Origin: Perna viridis
Taxonomy: Eukaryota
NCBI GenBank assembly: GCA_037379345.1
Contig: CM074514.1
Location: 9,238,001-9,302,000, forward strand
Reading direction: 5' to 3'
Length of the DNA: 64,000 bases
The stretch's first letter is position 1. Each line of letters opens with the position of its first letter. The translations under genes were made by a program, and so were the position numbers. Under the pieces are notes generated by a model. It was not told the DNA's origin, did not search any database, and saw nothing but the letters and a program-made list of their open reading frames with translations. Below are positions 1-13,100 of the stretch, piece by piece.

Positions 1-157
1 ATTTTGAACAAGAAATGGCGGCTTTCTGAAATTTTTTTTCCGCCTATGATGTCGACAAGTCAGAAACAGCATTTTGAGTTATTTTCATACATATAATGAG
101 TTCCACTAATTTTATAGAATTTTTTAATTTTTTTTCTACGTAGTTTCGGCAAGCTCC
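1..157 (+). mobile_element. fragment of Helentron-like (HINE) repeat body
   Basis: similar to 4255-4515 (atggcggctttctga...agttattttc...agttcc.ctaattttataga). Confidence 0.55.
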
Positions 158-160
158 GGC

Positions 161-805
161 ATATCGATTTCTAAGTGTAGGTCAAGATATGAGACTGACT
201 TCACAGTGTCTGTAGTATCCTTTATCTCAAGTTCTTTTAGGTAGATGCGATGTATCAAATCCCCGAAGTTAGGATTGTTTAAAGATAATACGTCATGTAT
301 ATGGCGGAAACTGAGATTGAAGGATCTAGCCAAACGATATTCTTTCTTTCTGATCACATCAGCTATAGAGTCAGCCTCATAAGAGTGAATGAATAGGTCA
401 GCAAGTAAAGGAGCACAATTTTTCCCATTTGAATGCCGACCGTTTGTTGAAAAACACGTCCACTACACTGGACAAATATGGACAAAAATTCCAGCATTTT
501 GTAAACATCTTCCTCTGTATATTTGGAAGATGATTTGGAATTATTTCTTACAAAGTATGAGGAATCTCTACCAAGAACTATATATTTGTATCTAGGTGTA
601 CCATCTTTTTTGGAAAAAACAACGATGCATAATGTTTTTAAGTCGGGATTTTAACTGAGTATGGGTAATAGAAGTATACAGTGTTGAAAAATCATAGGTT
701 TTAATGCTATGATATTCAGATAGTAGTCTTGAACTGATTGTCTCTAAAAGATCTTTCGAATTTTTCAGGATCCACATTGAATTAATACCACTACGGGAGT
801 AACAA
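161..805 (-). mobile_element. Penelope-like (Naiad-type) retroelement RT fragment, decayed
   Basis: MWILKNSKDLLE...TYDFSTLYT, ...DVLSLNNPNF...EIKDTT...SYLDLHLEID; frameshifted; near-identical to copies at 6495-8790 and 29917-31555. Confidence 0.85.
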
Positions 806-2440
806 GTGTTGAAGCTTACAAAATCAGGGATATCGGGTACTCTATTAGAGTGGTTTCGTAACTATTTATCGGGTAGGGCTCAAAGGGTTGTTTTAAATGG
901 GTCACATTCGGATTGGTTGTTTATAAATGCTGGAGTAACACAGGGGTCTATTCTTGGACCCTTGTTGTTCCTAATATTTACAAACGACATTGTTGACGAA
1001 ATTCAAGCAACAATCAAACTATTTGCTGATGACACAAGCCTATATGTTATTGTTGACAATCCTATCAGCGCGGCTGAAACTTTAAATAGTGATATCTCAA
1101 AAATTTATAAAAGGTCTCTAGATTGGCTAGCGAAATTCAATCCACAAAAAAAGTGAAACAATAAGTGTGTCTCGTAAAGTAAATAAACCTATTCACCCTT
1201 CACTAGAAATGAACAGTCGCGAAATTGCATCTGTTGAAAATCACAAGCACCTAGGTGTTTATTTATCGAGTGATGGTAAATGGATTGACCATTGCAATTA
1301 CATAATTGATAAATCGAACAAAAGAATCAACATTGTCAGAAAATTAAAATCATTTTAGATAGATTTAGTCTTGAAAAATTATACTTGTCTTTTATACGTC
1401 CGATTTTGGAATATGCAGATATAACCTGGGATAATCAAAACCAAACTATTATTGATAAAATTGAAAATGTACAATTAGACGCTGCTCGTATTGTAACAGG
1501 TGGAACAAAATTAACCAGTATTCTAAAACTCTATGACGAAACCAGATGGGAAAAACTGACAGACAGACGTAAGAGACACAAATTATTATATTTTCATAAA
1601 ATGGTCAACAATACGGCCCCACAATATCTTGTTAATTTAGTGCCCAACTGTGTCGGTAGTAGACTCGAGCATAATACTCGACAGACGGAAAATTTATTAA
1701 ATATAAACACTAGAATCAGTCTTTATGCGGCCTATTTCCTACCTTCATCTATCAAACTCTAGAATTAGCTTCAACCTGAGATAAGGACATGTAATTCAAT
1801 TTCGCTTTTTAACAACTAAGTCCCAGTCTATTTCTACATCGAGTGTCGTCTCCGTCAAATGTTACACGCCAGCATGCGCATGAACACAAATTCCCATTTA
1901 TTTGTAAGGAATTTAACTGATTCACCCAACTGTCGCTGCAGTTCGCCTGAAACTAATAGTCATTTCTTACTAACTTGTCCCTTATACAGAAATCAAAGAA
2001 GAGATTGCTGGATCCTTTTAACACAATTATCTGTTACTGTCGACGAAAAGCTCCTATTACATGGTTCAAATGAATTAACCGACAAAAAAAATAGTGATAT
2101 ATTTCTGTTGGTGCAATATTTCATAATTAAGACAAAACGTTTCACATCCTATTAATCTGCAAGTATATTCTGCATTTCATCATCTAACTTTAAATATCAT
2201 ATATTATTTACACTTTACTACTTATTGTTTGATCATAATAATTATAAATTATGACACTTAATACTATATATTTGTTCTACGAAACAATCTGAGCATGTGT
2301 CATACTTGTGTTTAATTTTTGTATGCTTATCTTAATAGGAGACAGATTTATAAAAGCTTTGAGTTTGTCTCTGAATCCTAATTTTCAATTTATGTAAATT
2401 AATAGTGGATTTTGTATGTTTTCATGAATAAATATTGTTT
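806..2440 (+). mobile_element. CR1-like non-LTR retrotransposon, 5'-truncated ORF2 plus 3' UTR, pseudogenised
   Basis: GVTQGSILGPLLFLIFTNDI, LFADDT, HKHLG, RPILEYA..WD, C-terminal CRC..ETNSHFLLTC; split across four ORFs; AATAAA near 2428. Confidence 0.88.
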
Positions 2441-3975
2441 ACATTAAGTTTCATCAAATTTGTTCAATGAATAAAAAACGTATGGCCGTGAAAAAAAGGG
2501 GTTTTTGGGGAACCATGAGATTTTCAGTTTTTCGTTGCCATGGCAACTGACAACATATCGATTGACTTTGTTTTGTTTCATTTTATTAGGCTCTTTAAAC
2601 TGTACCACCATACTAAATTTCAACTTGGAAACGGTAGGCATTTTTGCAAAAAAATTTTTATGCGAACTCAAAGATATTAATGAGACGCGGTATTACAACA
2701 AAGTTTTATTAAAATTGCTTACTAAAGAAAACAGTTAAAGGTGTGAGAAAAAAGTGGATTTTGGTATCCATGAAATTTTCTTTTTTTTTCTTTGAAAGTT
2801 TTTTTGTTGCCATGGCAACTGGCAATGTATCGATTCACTTTTTTGTTTAATTTTATTAGTCACATTGAGTTGTACCACCATACCAAATTTCAAGTTTCTA
2901 GCCACCAAGGTTTACGAGATATTGTAATGTCCTAGATTATGAGCTTTTCACGTTTCCATGGTAACGGTAGCCATTTTTTTCGCCAATAGATCTGGTGCAC
3001 CACTTCTCAATACCGTCTACCTCCATACCAAGTTTGAATTAATTCCTTTCAGTGGTGCTCTCTAAAAACTCCGGATAAAAATCATTGGAATAATAATAAT
3101 AACAATTATAATAAAAAACAGTCAATAACAATATGTCGCCCCGACATTCGTCTAGGGCGACATAATAATAATAACAATAATAAGAAGAAGCAATAAATCA
3201 CCGCCACTTCGTAGTCGACGACTTAATAATAAGAAACGGAGGAAAAACAATTAGCCGCAAAAATTCGTTTTGGCGACTTGATAATAATAAGAAACACGGT
3301 AAAAACAAAAAGTGTCCGCCACTTCGTGGTCGGGGACTTAATAATTAAAATTTACGTTTCCAAGACACGTGTAGAAGTCGCCTCCCTTTTCCTGATCAGT
3401 CTTCTGAGAAACATACTATCAATGGAACTGCTTATAATTAATTGTGGCAGCGTAAAAAACCTAGATATCAATTTTCATAAAAATCGGATAACTCTGAATT
3501 TTCGAGCGCGGTGGCGGACATTTTGAAATTGGCGGCCGATACGTAGCTCCGATTGTAAATTGAGCCAAAGATTATTACATGGGACGGCTCAAAGACCCTA
3601 GATATCAATTTTCATCGAAATCTGACAAGTTCAAATTTTCGACAGCGTTGGTGGCCATTTTGCAAATGGCGGCGGAGACGCACGCGATTTTTTCGTGATT
3701 TTCTTTAAACTAGTGAGCTCAATATATACATCAAGTTTCGTTAAATTCTGATTAGCAGTTTTCGAGATATCTGATGTTCCAATTTCCTGTGTAAAAAAAT
3801 GGGTACGTCCTGTCCGGCGGCCATTTTGAAAAAATGGCGGATACTGGAATCAAATTTTTGGTGTTCTGCATCCTTTGAAGAATAGTTCTAACTTCCTGTG
3901 ATAATTAAAATAATAATTATAATAAAAAGAAACACAGTAAAGGCAATAAGTCTCCGCCACTTCGTGGTCGGCGAC

Positions 3976-4014
<39 letters not shown>

Positions 4015-6267
4015 TTAATATTAATAAGAAACGGAGCAAAAACAATAAGTCGAAAAACTTCGTTTTGGTGACTTAATAACGAGTGATACTGTGTTTACAA
4101 GCAAAACAGAAAAGTCGCCAAAACTGGCAAATATTCGAATTTAGACCACATTTGAAGCCGCCATTGAATTTAGAATGTCATGTTCACCCTAGATATCAAT
4201 TTTCATTGAAATCCCAGAATGTTGACATTTTGCCTATTTTGGCGGCCTTTTTGAAAAAAAATGGCGGCTTTCTGACAAATTCTGAAGCCGCCATTGAATT
4301 CAGGATGAAATGTTTACCCTAGGAATGAATCAAATTTCATTGAAATCCAAGAATGTTGAAATTTTGCCGATTTTGGCGATTTTCGGCTTTCTAAAAAAAT
4401 CTTTTTACGCCTTTCAAGAACAACCTTCTGAGTTATTTTCATTTGATTAACTAGTTCCGCTAATTTTATAGATTTGTTTTTTATTTTTCCGGGTTTTGCT
4501 TTGGAAATTCCGGAAGTGGAATGCACACCCCCTGAGCCTGCTTGATTTTTGAGCCAAGTTTAGTATGAATCGAATAAACGGTCTCCGAGAAATCGCCAGG
4601 ACATCTTTACGTGCAGAAGAAGAAGCATAATAATAATAATAATCATAATAATTAAAATTAATGTTTCCGTGAAACGTGTAGAAATCGCCTCCCGTTTCCT
4701 GATCTGTCTTTTGAGAAACGTATCGTCAATTGAACTGCTGATTATTAATCGAGGCAGCGTAAACAACGTGAATATCAGATTATTAATCGGGACGTCTTAA
4801 AGAACATAGACATCAATTTTCATCAAAAGCTGACAAATTTGAATTTTCGACTGCGTTTGCAGCCATTTTGAAAATGACGGCCGAGGCGCACGCGATTTTG
4901 TTTGGACTATTGAGCATAATGTATACACCAAGTTTCGTCAAATTCTGATCAGCGGTTTTCGAGATATATGATGTTCCAATTTCCGGTGTAAACAAATGGT
5001 ACCTTTAGTCCGGCGGCCATTTTGAAAAAATGCCGGCAGCTGGAAATTTTTTTTGAGGTTTTGCAGAATCCTTCGAAGAGTAGTTCTAACATCTTGAAAA
5101 GTTTCATCTCAATCGGACCGGCCACCTTTGAGAAAAAGGGCTGACACTTTCAACATTTTTAATGAGAGGAGAATTAAAATAATAATAATAATAATAATAA
5201 TAAACACAGTAAAAACAATAAGTCATCGCCATTTCGTGGTCGGCGATTTAACTAGAATTGCCATTGCAAGTAATAGCGAATGTCACCCCCGGCAACCATT
5301 TAAGTTCCCAATTTTAATATTGTATTGTTATGCCTATTCAACCCCTTTGACAGACCTATTTTCAAATTTGTAGCTAATTATGTTGTTGAGATAATGCAAT
5401 GTCCTAGATTGTGACCTACGACTGCAGCCATTTTGAAAATGGCGACTTTTCGTCAGAATTTTTATTTGGATTCAGAGGTCTGACTTGTACGCATTATATT
5501 ACTAAGTTTCATCAAATTTGTTCAATGAATAAAAAACGTATGGCCGTGGGAAAAAAGTGGATTTTGGGATCCATGAAATTTTCAGTTGTTTATTGCCATG
5601 GCAACTCACAAAATATCGATTTTTTTTGCTTTATTTTATTAGGCTCTATACTGTACCACCATACCAAATTTCAAGTGTCTAACCACCTAGGTTTCCGAGA
5701 TATTGCAATGTCCTAGATTATGAACTTTGGTAACCATTTTGAAAATGGCGGCATATTGGCGACAAATTTTTATGCGAATTCCGAGATATAAATGAGACGC
5801 AGCATACAAAAAGTTTCATTGAAATTGCCTACTAAATAAAAAAGTTGTAGGTGTGAGTGGATTTTGGTATCCATGAAATTTTCAGTTTTTTCGTTGCCAA
5901 GGTAACAGACAACATATCGATTCACTTTTTTGCTGAATTTTATTAGGCACATTGAGTTCTACCACCACACCAAATTTCAAGTTTCTAGCCACCTAGGTTT
6001 CCGAGATATTGCAATGTCCTAGAGTGTAAACTTTTCACGTTTTCATGGAAACGGTAGCCAATTTCTTCCGCCAAAAGTTCTGGTGCACCCCTTCTCAATA
6101 CCATCTATCTCCATACCAAGTTCCAATTCATTCCCTTCAGTGATGCTCTCTAAAAACTCCGGACAAAAATCATTGGAAGAAAAAAAAAAAAAAAAAAATA
6201 ATAATAATAATAATAATAATAAACAGTACAATAACAATATGTCGCCCCGACATTCGTCTATGGCGAC

Positions 6268-6313
<46 letters not shown>

Positions 6314-6494
6314 TAAAAATAAGAAACGGAGCAAAAATAATAAGTCGCAAAACTTCGTTTTGGCGACTTAATAATAATAAGAAACGGTGCAAAAACAATG
6401 AGTCCCCGACACTTCGTGGTCGGCGACTTAATAATAATAATAATAAACACATTAAAAGCAATAAGTCACTGCCACTTCGTGGTCGGCGACTTAA
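2441..6494 (+). mobile_element. Nested cluster of non-autonomous Helentron-like (HINE/DINE-type) elements, at least 3 families, with (AAT)n tracts and 3' hairpins
   Basis: Bodies repeat within the window (2441-3163 ~ 5500-6269; 3341-3977 ~ 4650-5250). The 5' subterminal IR AAGTCGCCAAAAC (4112-4124) is complementary to GTTTTGGCGACTT (6357-6369). There are 11 terminal hairpins, each preceded by an (AAT)n tract. No coding capacity. Confidence 0.7.
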
Positions 6495-8790
6495 CAATGA
6501 CACGTTGAACAAATCAGTTTTCATGGTGCAGATGGATAAACCGTAACGATCAACGAGTTCGTGGTGACGACCATGAAACGTCTGTAGTGATGACTTCAAT
6601 CTTGTAGCAACATAAATAACCCTGTTCCAGAGGACTAATTTTAAGAAGTCTAGCGCAAAACAAAAAGTATGTGTAGTAACGACAAGCTCTGTTCTAACGA
6701 ATGAGTTGTGATATGAAAACTCCATACGTAGGTGCTGAAGGGATGTTGCCACAGATGAAAGGAACGTTGACAATAAGGAGTGAAAAGTTATTGCATTTAT
6801 CGTGAAGGTTGGCCAATAGTTTTTCTTTTCCATCGACCTCTAAGTGTAAAGATCAAGATATGAGGCTGACTTCACTGTGTCTGTAGTATCTTTTTAACTG
6901 AAGTTCTTTGGGGGTAGATACGATGTATCAGATCCACGAAACTAGGATTGTTTGACGATGATACGTAATCTATATAGCGGAAACTGAAATTTAATGATTA
7001 AGTTAAACGATATTCTTTCTTTCGGATCAGATCAGTTATAAAGTTATTCTCATAAAAGTAAAGGAATAGGTCAGTAGGTAGAAGAGCACAATTTGTTCCC
7101 ATTGAAAAGCTGACCTTTTGTTGAAAAACGCGTTCACAACACTGGATAAATATGTTGTCGATAAAAAATTCTAGCATTTTGAAAACATCTACTCTGGTAT
7201 TTTCGGTAGTTGATTTAGAAATATTTTTTTACAAAGTAAGAGGAATATCTACCAAGAACTACATATTTGTATCTAGGTGTACCATCTTTTTTGGAGTAAA
7301 AATGATGCGTAATGTTTTTGAGTCGGGAATCATAAGTGAGTATGGGAGTAGAAGTATAGAGAGTTGAAAAAACATAGGTTTTAATGCTGTTATATTCTGA
7401 TAATAATCTTGGATTAAGGGTTTCCAGGAAATCTTTCGAATTCTTTAGGATCCACATTGAATTAATACCACTACGGAAGTAACAAGTGTCGTGATTGGAG
7501 TTAAGACCCTCTTTGAAAGCTGTGAGTATAGATGTTAAAAGTTTTGAAATAACTTTGGTGTTACATTTTGAAGATCCAGCTAAATAGCATTGTTTATATG
7601 AATTCTTGTGATGTTTAGGAATCTAGTACATAGACGGTAGATCACAATCATCGTCTTTGGCAGAGAGACTTAAAGGGAAAGACCACCTTTGCATTAAGTT
7701 GGGCTCTTATGATAAATCATACCCACGTAAACAAAAATAAATAAGCTTTAATGCTAAATGCGCTTTTATAAAATGCTCAAGGCTATGCAAAGTACGAAAT
7801 CCTTGAAATATAAGTGGATAGCCATCTAGCAGAACTCTCCTATTTGAAGGAAGATCATAACCAGACTTTATTGATTTACACTGAAAGCTTCCGATTGGCT
7901 CATGACGTCACTAAGTCGGTTTGGTACTGACACAAGTACTACAAATAATATGTAAACAAAGAACATTCCGTAAATATTTCTACCATCATGTTTATCTAAT
8001 CACCAAAACGCGATGATTTGTCAAGCTTACGAATGATAAAAGAGAAATGTTCCAAAAGTTTTTTTTACCAGCAACGCGCACATTCAACGGAAGTAGCCAT
8101 ACGATTTTCCTTACAAATACTAGTCATCTGGCAGCAAATCCCGTTGTTAGTCAACGATGTCTGAAATTTGCTTATATAAGTTGTGCCCCAATCTCTTCTT
8201 CTATTTATTTTGGGTTGAAATTATAGGGGGAAAGTCCCAAATTTGCGATTTCTTCGGACATCGTAATCAATTATCTATTTACTTTCACTTTACAAACTGA
8301 CTTCGTGACGTCACAGTTCAACCGGTCATGGTGGCCCCATAGGCGCGGGAAATTCAAATTTCCTAATTATAAATCTCGACTTATCAATTAAGAAAAGGAA
8401 ATAAATTTGTTTAAATTTAATTTTCATGAATATTTAACAGATTAGTTTCGATATTTATGACTTGCACAATAACATGATCTTCTCCTTTAAAGAGGATAAC
8501 ATAGAATTATGGTTTTCCACTATCTCTTCTTTGGAGAGTGTAATGGCAGTGTAGGTCTTACTGGCAGTATTACTGGCATTAATTTCTATGTCTAACTCTG
8601 ATAATAAGCATTGGATGTTATATGTTTTGCGGACAGAAAACAATGTTGTTTTGGGCTGGTACGACAACATATTTGTCAAAACAATGTTTTTGTTACATCG
8701 GGGTCTTTGAAAACTGATATGCCATTAACACTCATTGACCTACTTAACACTTTTATAGATTTCTAAATTAAAGACCTAACAGTCTTGATA
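6495..8790 (-). mobile_element. Penelope-like (Naiad-type) RT fragment interrupted by a MITE at 7674-8486
   Basis: RLKSSLQTFHGRHHELVDRYG...KTDLFN, MWILKNSKD, KYVVVPA; colinear with the 28064-31555 copy. Confidence 0.85.
7674..8486. mobile_element. Non-autonomous Kolobok-like DNA transposon (TTAA target duplication, AGG...CCT ends)
   Basis: TTAA at 7670-7673 and 8487-8490. Removing the insert restores the Penelope-like sequence seen at 30100-30135. Imperfect TIR AGGGAAAGACCA / AGGAGAAGATCA. Confidence 0.75.
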
Positions 8791-10016
8791 GGAGATCTGG
8801 CATGATTACCAAATGCGAATGTTTAAACTTCTACAGGACACCACGCGGTCTTCAAAAATAAGCAAAACCCATACCATTAAGCAACCTGTAAAAGGCCCCA
8901 AAATAAATCCTGTGAAAATATTCATAAAAAACGAAATCATCCTATTCAATAGAAAAGGTTAAACGCATAACATTGTACATTAGAAAAACGCGGCAACCGC
9001 TGATGTGAAATCAGATTATTTGTTAGATAAATTCATTGTTATTTCATTTCATTGTTCACGACACAAGCGAGTTAATCGTATTTGAAGGACATTTGGAATA
9101 ATTTCATCATTGTTTAGTTTTTTAATACTATGTATAAAACGTATAATGTCAATAACGTAGTTTTTAACCAATCAATAAAAATTGGCGATTATATATATAT
9201 ACTTCAATAATGTCAATCATATTGGGAAAATGCCTTAAATAGAAATAAAAACTAAAAGAGTCATTTGAGATGCGATTCTTTCGAGTGTGTCAACGTTGAA
9301 TCGCAGTTTTCCTTTGGGTGGAAAAATATTTTTTTTGTATTTCACTTGAGCAAATCAAAAAAGGTTTATATATAGTCGGAGAAAGGACTTCTTCCTACTT
9401 TATCTGGGCTTAGAACTAGCTGGCTACGCCTGTCACATTTAACGTCACTGTAAAATTTTAAGATGATAACCAAGATATACATAAGCACTGTTCATGTTTA
9501 AATCAAATCACCTGTCTGACACAATTTTATGCCTTCCATCCTCCACCTTTAAAACTAAAAAATGATTCATAACTCCTTTTCAATTTATATTTCACTGATT
9601 GTGAATAACTTTAACGATTATGTAGTTTTCGGTTACATCTATACGAAAGATGTGTTTAAAAATTTACGTATGCAGAATGAATAACTTGTGTAATTAGATG
9701 ATAGTTTGATAAAACCAATCCGAAACAAAATTATTAATCCGATATAATAGCATCTGTTTTGGTGCTATTTTTTTATTTAGGAAAAGACACTCTCGAAATG
9801 ATGATCTGACCCACATGACAGCGAGGCTACCTTGAAATCACTTAAAGTAATGAAATCTAAAAACTAAAGAAATACTAGTTTAACACAACAGGTTCTCGCG
9901 TATTTCCATTTTTCGTCTGTTTTGATTTAACTCTAATTCTGTCTTGAAGATTCTATTTCAATTAAAATCAGGCAGGCATTCGTAATATTGTAAATACAAG
10001 TAAATTATTTTTGCAG

Positions 10017-10190
10017 CTGTTTGCCATGGTCGAACGATTTTAAATAACGCATGTAACGAACCATATTCATCAGACAGGATTTACTACCGTGGAGGCATTT
10101 CACGAAATAGTGGTGGGGGGACATGCTCTTCACCGAATAGTTGTATCGATTGTAAGGATGGCTTTTACCCATCTGGAGGTCTATGTCTCA
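10017..10190 (+). CDS. exon 1 in window (Cys-rich/EGF-like)
   Basis: ttgcag|...|gtaagt; VCHGRTILNNAC...GTCSSPNSCIDCKDGFYPSGGLCL; phase 1-1. Confidence 0.85.
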
Positions 10191-13100
10191 GTAAGTATAT
10201 ATATTTTCAGTATAATGAAAAGGGATTTGTCAGTGGTTGATGAACCAAGAACAGTTTTGTGCAATGTAATCATTTCTGTTTCTATTTTGATAACATTCAG
10301 TGTCACTTTTAGGCCATTTCTGTTGCTTACCTCAGTCAATAAAAAGTTTTCGTTTAAATAATTCAATTTTATCTAAGTATTTGTTTTTGTATACACAAAA
10401 GAGAAGTTGATATTGTTATAACCCTATAGTTTGTCCATCGATTGCTAACTGTAACCACCGAAGATGTTCCACGCCCAGTGATAACTATTGTGAATGGTGT
10501 CAGTACGAAGTAATGGACCAGAGGTACTTCAGAGGGTACACACGCCATTATGATGGTGCCATGAAACAATGTAGAAGTAAGTAGAAAATGCTGAGGTGGC
10601 TTCGTCATTTAAGAAGTCCGAATTTAATTTTCTTTATGTTGATATATGTTGTACAGCTTTTAACCCTTCCTTTTTTGCTCTAAAAATGAAAAACCATTGA
10701 GGCCCATTATCTGTCTAAAAGAATGTCAAACTTCTTTTTTTTTCTTTTTTTTAAAATTTGAATATTTGGCCATAAAAAATCGATAAATTGGAATCAATAT
10801 TCAAATTAGATTATTGCATTTGCATTTGCATTTTTCAATTATCAAAAAAAAAAAAAAAAAAATCTCCCCTTTTAGACGGTTTTATGATTTTTCTTGTACT
10901 AAAGAGACACATATATTAAAAAATAGAAGTCGTTCACAAAAAACAAACAGAATCGTAACTATAATAAAAAGAACCCATACAAAAATAATACGCAATTGGA
11001 ACATTTTTTTCATGTCGAATCCTAAATTAACCATAGTCTTGTTAAAAGATATCGTTTGGTTACTTCATTTCATTAAAAAAAGTTGTTCCGTGCTGTATAG
11101 GCAGCAAATCTAAGTGTGTTCCTTAAATAAGGTATTTATAAATATTCAATACAGGAAATTGGAATGAAAACACGTTCAAGAGTTTTAGTGAATTCTGTCA
11201 TGAGAAATTCACAGTAACAAATTGAAAGCCTATTACTTTTAAGTAATTAGTCAGGAAACCTGCTTTCCTAAAATGCAAAATTCTTGTTCTTTACCACATC
11301 GTGTATTAGAAACTACGAACAACCACAGGAAGCAAAGGTCTAAAATGCGTGAAAGTGATTTGAAAAAAAAGTATTGCAAATTGCAATAAAGCCTATTGAT
11401 TTTATTCTTTTGTAACTTAAGTTGTTATTGTTCTTTCGGAAATTAGGTACCAAGTGAAACTGGAAGCAAAACCAAGTACGATTAGGAGACTTGGAAGTTC
11501 CGGTCTAAGGGAAACTGTTACCGTGACCGACTTTTTTTTCTTCGCCATAACCTCTTCTGCCATTAATCTACACCACAAAATAAATCAAAATATCAAATGA
11601 TAATATAGGATCCTTTTCACGTTTTTCCCAATGACGCCTTTTGACACCTCTGGCGTTACTTAAGCGAGAGTTTGGTAACATTTAGCTATTTGTAAAATAG
11701 AAAGCATATGGATGAGACACTTAACAATTAAGAATTTTATATCTTAGTAATATATATTATTTCAAATTCTTTGCATAAATAAGCCGTCAGAAAAACTCAT
11801 GTAACATGAAAATATGTTCACATGCATTTCAGTGTTATTTTCGGTTGCGCATTTCAGTTATCTTAGGTAATATGGATATGTTTCCTCTTTAGATAGACAG
11901 ATGGTGCATAAATATTGCGGTTGACAGAGGTACAATACATGCTGTTATTATTCTTAGAATTGAGCTCATAAGTAGATAGTATAGCAGAAAATTTTCTATT
12001 GTCGTGACTCAAGGTGGAAACAGAAAGAGGGAGTCCGATCCAAAGATTTATAAAAGGGGGTCCAAAGCTACAATTTGCCACTTTCTACCAAAACAATTGC
12101 ACAAAAAATACATTAATTATTTTGATAAAAATAAAGGGGTTTCAAACTCAGAACATTCACCTGGATACACCTTCCATCTACATATAATAATGTATTTGGA
12201 ACTATATTGGAGCTATGTATTATAGCTGTAGCTGGTATAATCTGTAAAACACTGAATTGTTCTTGTTTCAAGGCAGTACAATGAATGAAAATGTTCACCC
12301 ACACACTTAGTAACGCGGTTCTCGAGGTCTAAGCAAAGGAATTATTTTTTCTAGTGTATGGAAGTTTTTTTAGTGTATTTACACGAGACAGTCAATTGAA
12401 TTCATTTTAAGGTATTACAATCCACGCTGCTGTTACGGATATATATAATAATATGAACCAACATATGAACGCGTTGCGCATTTACTTTTACACACGTATG
12501 CAAATTTTGGGTAAATTTGCACATATGCCATCTGCTCAAGTATTTAAATTTTCGTTTTGAAAATGGGGCTTTAGTATTCAAGATAACATAAGTAAAGTGG
12601 TGTATATGGTGTATATGTCAACGAAACAAAAAAAAACCCATTGTGATGAAAATGCTAGCCCAAGGCCTCACATTGGTCTTCAATGAACGACTAGGAATCC
12701 TTATACCACAGGGTTTTGCTGCAGCTGGCCCCAAAACATCAGTATACACATGTTCAGCGAAAGAGTTGCTCTTGTATACTCAAGTAACGTGAAAAAATAA
12801 ACTGAAGATAAAAACCGAACTAAGACATGCAGAGGCCAGAAATTCCTGACTTGGGAGAGGCGCAAAAAATGCGGCGGGGTTAAAGTACTTTGGCGTGATC
12901 ACAACCCCCCTTTAAAATCTGGCCACTGTGGGGAAAAATATATTCAAAAATTTCTCAGTCCCTTGTTACTACGGAAATAAAAAAACTGAATTTAAATTAC
13001 ACATATCTACCAACTAAGGACTACCAGCAGTGAACGGACATGTCAGCTCTAGACCAGTTTCAATCTGCAAAAAGTTATGTCTCCATCGTATGTAAAATCA

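Noticed and set aside
806-2155. Functional reverse transcriptase gene or retron/DGR-like system
   Set aside because: Fragmented by stops and frameshifts; motifs are those of a CR1-like LINE.
3090-6494. Hairpin repeats separated by short spacers resembling a CRISPR array or rho-independent terminators
   Set aside because: Eukaryotic intron-rich context with no cas genes. The spacers are AAT microsatellite plus family-specific linkers, and the hairpins pair with 5' IRs of transposon bodies.
6043-6546. ORFs with poly-Y, poly-I, poly-N and poly-L tracts
   Set aside because: Translations of (AAT)n and poly-A microsatellites.
8791-10016. Promoter or first (signal-peptide) exon of the giant gene
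   Set aside because: No convincing ATG-initiated exon with a phase-1 donor was found; the 5' end probably lies upstream of the window.
12595-12945. GC-richer segment that looks like a dispersed repeat (weak similarity to 8791-8910)
   Set aside because: No TSD, TIR or coding signature could be established from this window alone.
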